Positions 16,241 to 20,000 of a DNA stretch of 20,000 bases are shown here, one piece after another. Origin of the DNA: an uncultured virus (IMG/VR IMGVR_UViG_3300006417_000225) (taxonomy: Duplodnaviria; Heunggongvirae; Uroviricota; Caudoviricetes); IMG/VR virus record IMGVR_UViG_3300006417_000225; one strand, 5' to 3'. Both the position numbers and the translations under genes were made by a program. Every line of letters starts with the position of its first letter. The first letter of the stretch is position 1. Under the pieces are notes generated by a model. That model did not search any database and was not told the DNA's origin. It saw only the letters and a program-made list of their open reading frames with translations.

Positions 16241-18562
16241 TTAATAATTGTGATAAAATTCATAATTAAAATCTCTCTTTGGAGCTAAAAATTGTTCCCA
16301 ATCTTTTAATAGCTGATTTTCATCTTCAAAGAAAATAGGCTCTTCAGATTCTTGTGCTAACCATAATGCTAATAACATAGCACTCCTTAAATGGTCAAAG
16401 TTTCCACTTTTAGGTCCATTAAAAATAATAGATTCATCTATAAGTCTTGTACTATACAGATAATCTATATTAGTTTCTGTTGTCACTCCAAAATCATTAA
16501 CTTTCCTTGGTGTAAGATACCACTGAGCTAAAAGTTGTATACAATGTTCTTGTAATCTTGGTGATGACATATCAACACCAACATCATACTTTTTGCTAGG
16601 GTTATTTATTATTTTACCCATAGCTAACCAAGGAGAAGGCTGTAATAGATAAAATTTATTTTTCATTTCAGCATATCTAATAAAATCAGATATATTTGTT
16701 TCAGGTAATATTTTAGCATTATAATATTCAGTTAACCATATTGCCATTCTGTGCATATCATTAACTTTCTCTAATCTTCCTATATATTCAGCAACTATTG
16801 TATCAGTTAAACCTTCTTCCCATGATGTATCTGGAAAACCTTTATGAACAATAATAGAACATAATGATGTACCTCCATGATCATCTTTTACTGGGTCATA
16901 AGTTACTTTATATAATGATTTTTTAAAAGTTGGTTTAGGAATCCTATCAGGTGGATGCTCATATATTACAACTGCACCTTTTAGATTATGCTCAAAGCCC
17001 CTTATGTCATAAGACATTATAGGTTTTAATTCATTATTTAGATCTGGTATAAATACAGGTAATCCAAATTCATCATCTTTAAACCACCCAACAGACATTA
17101 TCTTTTTATGATTTTCATTTATATCAAGATAAGTTTTCCTATCTCTTAATTTACCAACAGGTAATTTAGTTCCCCCTTTTTGTATAAACATTTCAGATGG
17201 AACTAAAGGCCTATTCATTTTTTCTTGATCAAGAGCTTCAGTACTTTCAGATTTTAAAAGTTCAGCTCTTATATCTAATATAGCCTGATATGCTTCTTCA
17301 TAATTTATATTTCCATTATCATCTATAAAATCATTATCAGCTACATATGCCGGAAGGAAAGTACATATTGGTTTTGGCCTGCCTTCATATACATCTTCCT
17401 CAACAAAGAAATCATATTCAGATCCATTTTCAAATATTGTTTTTACACCTGTTAATTTATCAATAAATCCAGATGTACCTATACCTAAAAATGTTCCAAA
17501 TTTATTTGAACGTCTCATTGAGTCTTTAGATGTACCAATTACATCAAGTATATTTGTAGCTAAACCTATTTCTTCATATAATATTAAGTTATTTCTTTTA
17601 CCTGCTGCTACTGCTGGATTCTCAATTGTTGCAATTTTGTGGTCTATAAATGTACCAATACCAGCAGTTACCCATGAATTTCCTTTTTTCTTTTGATATT
17701 TTTGTATTAATTTAGAATTAGGTGAAAGTGATCCTGAAGATTCTAAATGAAAATATCCAGGATAAAATATTTCAGTTATACCTGTTGTATCTCTGTATGA
17801 TCCTACTTCTTGCTGGATATAATCCATTGTAAGTTTTGCCTTTGTAAGTAGGTCTGTACTTTTATCTTGTATAATTGATGTTACAAGAAGTTCAACTGGT
17901 GAAGGTCTTTTAGTACCCTCAATATCAAATTCTTTTTGGCCATGGAAATACCATTCATGCAATATACAAGATGCTCCATAAAAACTTTTACCAAGACCAC
18001 GGCTACCAAATATTAAAAGATTTAAAGCATTGTTTTCGTAATAACATTTACCAAGAGGTTTATCATAAAAATCCTCTAATGCTTTAACCGGATCTTTATA
18101 TTTTTTATATTCCCCATTCTCATTTTTTACATGCTTTAATTTACTTAATCTTGTTTTTTCTTTTGCAGTAAGTTTTTTTCCAGATTCAAGTTTTTTAATT
18201 ATTGAATGGCATGTAAAATCAGAATTTTCAAAACCAGAAAATCCTCTACATATAAGATATCTTATACCTATAAACCATTCTGTTGCTCTAAGATATGGAG
18301 AAATTACTTCAGTTGAATTTGAGTCTTCATCTTCATCTATTATTTTACAAATATTTGTATAAAAATAAAGCTGAGGTGGCATAAATCTCCAATGATTTTT
18401 TGCCTCTTCAGCCCATAAACCTTCTATACATCTTTTTTCTTGTTCAAGCCAATATGTATTATACTCTATTGACTCAGGGTGTAAGTTCTTTGGATGATCA
18501 TTAAATACAAAAACATTTCTGTTTAGTATTTCAGGGAATATTATAATTGGTTTTTTATCCAC
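16241..18562 (-). CDS. terL: Terminase large subunit
   Basis: 773 aa, GTG start. Walker A GSRGLGKS (about 17984-18007), Walker B LILYEEIG, coupling motif GTSG, RNase H-like nuclease residues TYDPVKDD and NFDHLRSA, and N-terminal YW.EQ..RCIEG...PPQLYFY.N. Confidence 0.93.
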   Translation of the reverse strand: MDKKPIIIFPEILNRNVFVFNDHPKNLHPESIEYNTYWLEQEKRCIEGLWAEEAKNHWRFMPPQLYFYTNICKIIDEDEDSNSTEVISPYLRATEWFIGIRYLICRGFSGFENSDFTCHSIIKKLESGKKLTAKEKTRLSKLKHVKNENGEYKKYKDPVKALEDFYDKPLGKCYYENNALNLLIFGSRGLGKSFYGASCILHEWYFHGQKEFDIEGTKRPSPVELLVTSIIQDKSTDLLTKAKLTMDYIQQEVGSYRDTTGITEIFYPGYFHLESSGSLSPNSKLIQKYQKKKGNSWVTAGIGTFIDHKIATIENPAVAAGKRNNLILYEEIGLATNILDVIGTSKDSMRRSNKFGTFLGIGTSGFIDKLTGVKTIFENGSEYDFFVEEDVYEGRPKPICTFLPAYVADNDFIDDNGNINYEEAYQAILDIRAELLKSESTEALDQEKMNRPLVPSEMFIQKGGTKLPVGKLRDRKTYLDINENHKKIMSVGWFKDDEFGLPVFIPDLNNELKPIMSYDIRGFEHNLKGAVVIYEHPPDRIPKPTFKKSLYKVTYDPVKDDHGGTSLCSIIVHKGFPDTSWEEGLTDTIVAEYIGRLEKVNDMHRMAIWLTEYYNAKILPETNISDFIRYAEMKNKFYLLQPSPWLAMGKIINNPSKKYDVGVDMSSPRLQEHCIQLLAQWYLTPRKVNDFGVTTETNIDYLYSTRLIDESIIFNGPKSGNFDHLRSAMLLALWLAQESEEPIFFEDENQLLKDWEQFLAPKRDFNYEFYHNY

Positions 18563-18737
18563 TTACTAATACTCTATTAAAATGCCCTTCTGCATTTTCT
18601 ATTTTTTTAATAGCATAAATTTCTTTTACATTATCCTCATACCTGAAAAACAAAACAAAGACTCCATCTTTATCTTTAAACTGTAAAGTATTTTTTTCTT
18701 CCTTTATTATATTATTTTTGTTTATACCTATTTTCAT
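18555..18737 (-). CDS. Hypothetical protein (60 aa)
   Basis: Fills the gap exactly, with TAATG coupling to the upstream gene and an 8-nt overlap with the terL start. Confidence 0.65.
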   Translation of the reverse strand: MKIGINKNNIIKEEKNTLQFKDKDGVFVLFFRYEDNVKEIYAIKKIENAEGHFNRVLVSG

Positions 18738-19240
18738 TAGTTATATCTTTTTTCTCTTGCTGATTGTTGTCCACCCCCACGCATTACATCTTGTTGTTCA
18801 TCTCTTGCTAACTCAGCTTCAACTTCTTTCATTGTCTTTTGAATAATTTCTTGATTCTTAAACAGCTTTAAAATCTCATCCATATTGGTAGCATTAACTT
18901 CAAGATTCTCTACATATTTATTAAAAGATTCTTCTTTATCTTTCCATATTTTGTAATTCCTCTCAGCATCAGATAATGTAATCTCTATTAATTTTTTAGA
19001 TATATCTCTATACTTATCCCAATCTATTTTTGCATAAGTAGATTCAATATCTTTTCTTCTTTTTTCAAGTGTTCCTGTTTTATAAAATCTTGATTGTGGA
19101 GATTCTGCAAGAAAGATGCACCACATTATTTGTGATGCATCCTTTTGATTACTAAGCTCCTTAAACTCTTTAATCAATTTAAGCTCTGGATTTTGTTCAA
19201 AAAAGTCTTTTTCAAAACTTCCTGTTACTTTATACCCCAT
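18737..19240 (-). CDS. Helical protein upstream of terL; terminase small subunit candidate
   Basis: 167 aa. Coiled-coil C-terminal half ending VMRGGGQQS. The TerS role is inferred from size, fold pattern and position only. Confidence 0.5.
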   Translation of the reverse strand: MGYKVTGSFEKDFFEQNPELKLIKEFKELSNQKDASQIMWCIFLAESPQSRFYKTGTLEKRRKDIESTYAKIDWDKYRDISKKLIEITLSDAERNYKIWKDKEESFNKYVENLEVNATNMDEILKLFKNQEIIQKTMKEVEAELARDEQQDVMRGGGQQSAREKRYN

Positions 19241-19607
19241 GGTCTATTCTAAGCTTTAAAGTACTTTTTAGTTTATTAGGATTTATATCATAACCTCCAA
19301 CAGAATTAGGTATTGTTTTTTCCTGACTATCTCTCATCCATACAATAACTGATTTTTCTATTACTCCTATTTCACTCTCATTGGATGTATAAGTGCCTTC
19401 AATAAAACCACTATATGTACTAGTATTTGATATTTGCTCTAATTGTGATATTGTTAATTCTGCTGTACATCCGCAACTTGGCTGAATACTCTCAATCTCT
19501 TCATTTATATTAGGAGTTGTAGATGTAAAATCCCATCTAACTTTATAAGAGTTTCTTCCTTTAGGTTGTGATCCTAAATCACAAAGAAAATTTTTAAACT
19601 GTATCAT
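19230..19607 (-). CDS. DUF1573-like Ig-fold protein
   Basis: 125 aa. IESIQPSCGCT matches the I..h..SCGCT signature of DUF1573, with a downstream G.I...Y.......G...KSV.V pattern. No signal peptide seen. Confidence 0.75.
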   Translation of the reverse strand: MIQFKNFLCDLGSQPKGRNSYKVRWDFTSTTPNINEEIESIQPSCGCTAELTISQLEQISNTSTYSGFIEGTYTSNESEIGVIEKSVIVWMRDSQEKTIPNSVGGYDINPNKLKSTLKLRIDHGV

Positions 19608-19947
19608 ACTCTACTTTAAATTTAAGATTTATATTATTTTTAATTTTTTCCCAATCTTCTTTTGTTCTCAGTGCTCCCCATTTTCCACAGTAACAATTCT
19701 CAAACGGAACAATCATCTTACCCCATGCATCACAATTACATCCAGTACATTCTCCTGTACCTATGCATTTTCCTTTTGTTACACATTGAGGACATTGCAG
19801 TAATCTGAACATATATTGTTCTATAATATATGGTTCAAGTTTATTATTTAAAATCTTTTTAGTTAACATCCCTACAACATAAGAATACCATTTATAAGGG
19901 TTAATTATATCAAGAAATCTTACTCCAAATATTCTTAAATTTTTCAT
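19594..19947 (-). CDS. Cys-rich putative metal-binding protein
   Basis: 117 aa with R..QCPQC....C.....C.GCNC....K......C.CGKW. Confidence 0.7.
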   Translation of the reverse strand: MKNLRIFGVRFLDIINPYKWYSYVVGMLTKKILNNKLEPYIIEQYMFRLLQCPQCVTKGKCIGTGECTGCNCDAWGKMIVPFENCYCGKWGALRTKEDWEKIKNNINLKFKVEYDTV

Positions 19948-20000
19948 CGTATAAAATTATAAATTATATTAATTAATAATATTACAATTATTATAGCAAT

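Noticed and set aside
11092..18562. Introns or inteins in terL, portal or MCP
   Set aside because: The ORFs are continuous, of plausible length, and show no splicing or homing-endonuclease motifs.
1..20000. Genome-wide stop-codon reassignment (TGA=Trp or TAG=Gln)
   Set aside because: All long genes are intact in the standard code with Trp as TGG, and four TGAs serve as ATGA-coupled stops. Only one in-frame TGA was seen.
19948..20000. Late promoter upstream of the operon
   Set aside because: TATAAT-like words occur, but the stretch is extremely AT-rich, lacks the Bacteroidota TAnnTTTG element and is cut by the window edge.

Overview
AT-rich, gene-dense phage DNA with every credible gene on the minus strand. 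It is the virion-morphogenesis module of a crAss-like (Crassvirales-type) phage, probably infecting a Bacteroidota host. Read 20000->1: Cys-rich protein, DUF1573-like protein, TerS candidate, terminase large subunit, portal, acidic scaffold-like protein, major capsid protein, three conserved capsid/neck genes, an intrinsic terminator, several Cys-rich Ig-like structural genes (one with a clear DUF11 domain), then a mosaic fibre/spike region (1-5127). The fibre region holds the unusual features. (i) A lone in-frame TGA at 154-156 is followed by an open frame that still looks coding. (ii) A CpG-rich, higher-GC segment (about 684-1975) carries a beta-helix spike, ends in a 36-codon ORF stub and abuts a fibre ORF with no start codon (495-683). 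(iii) One fibre gene (2365-4022) contains a 27-nt/9-aa Cys-Trp tandem array broken by assembly gaps. (iv) A small nucleotidyltransferase-like gene sits between two fibre genes. All family calls come from motif recognition and gene order; no database search was run.
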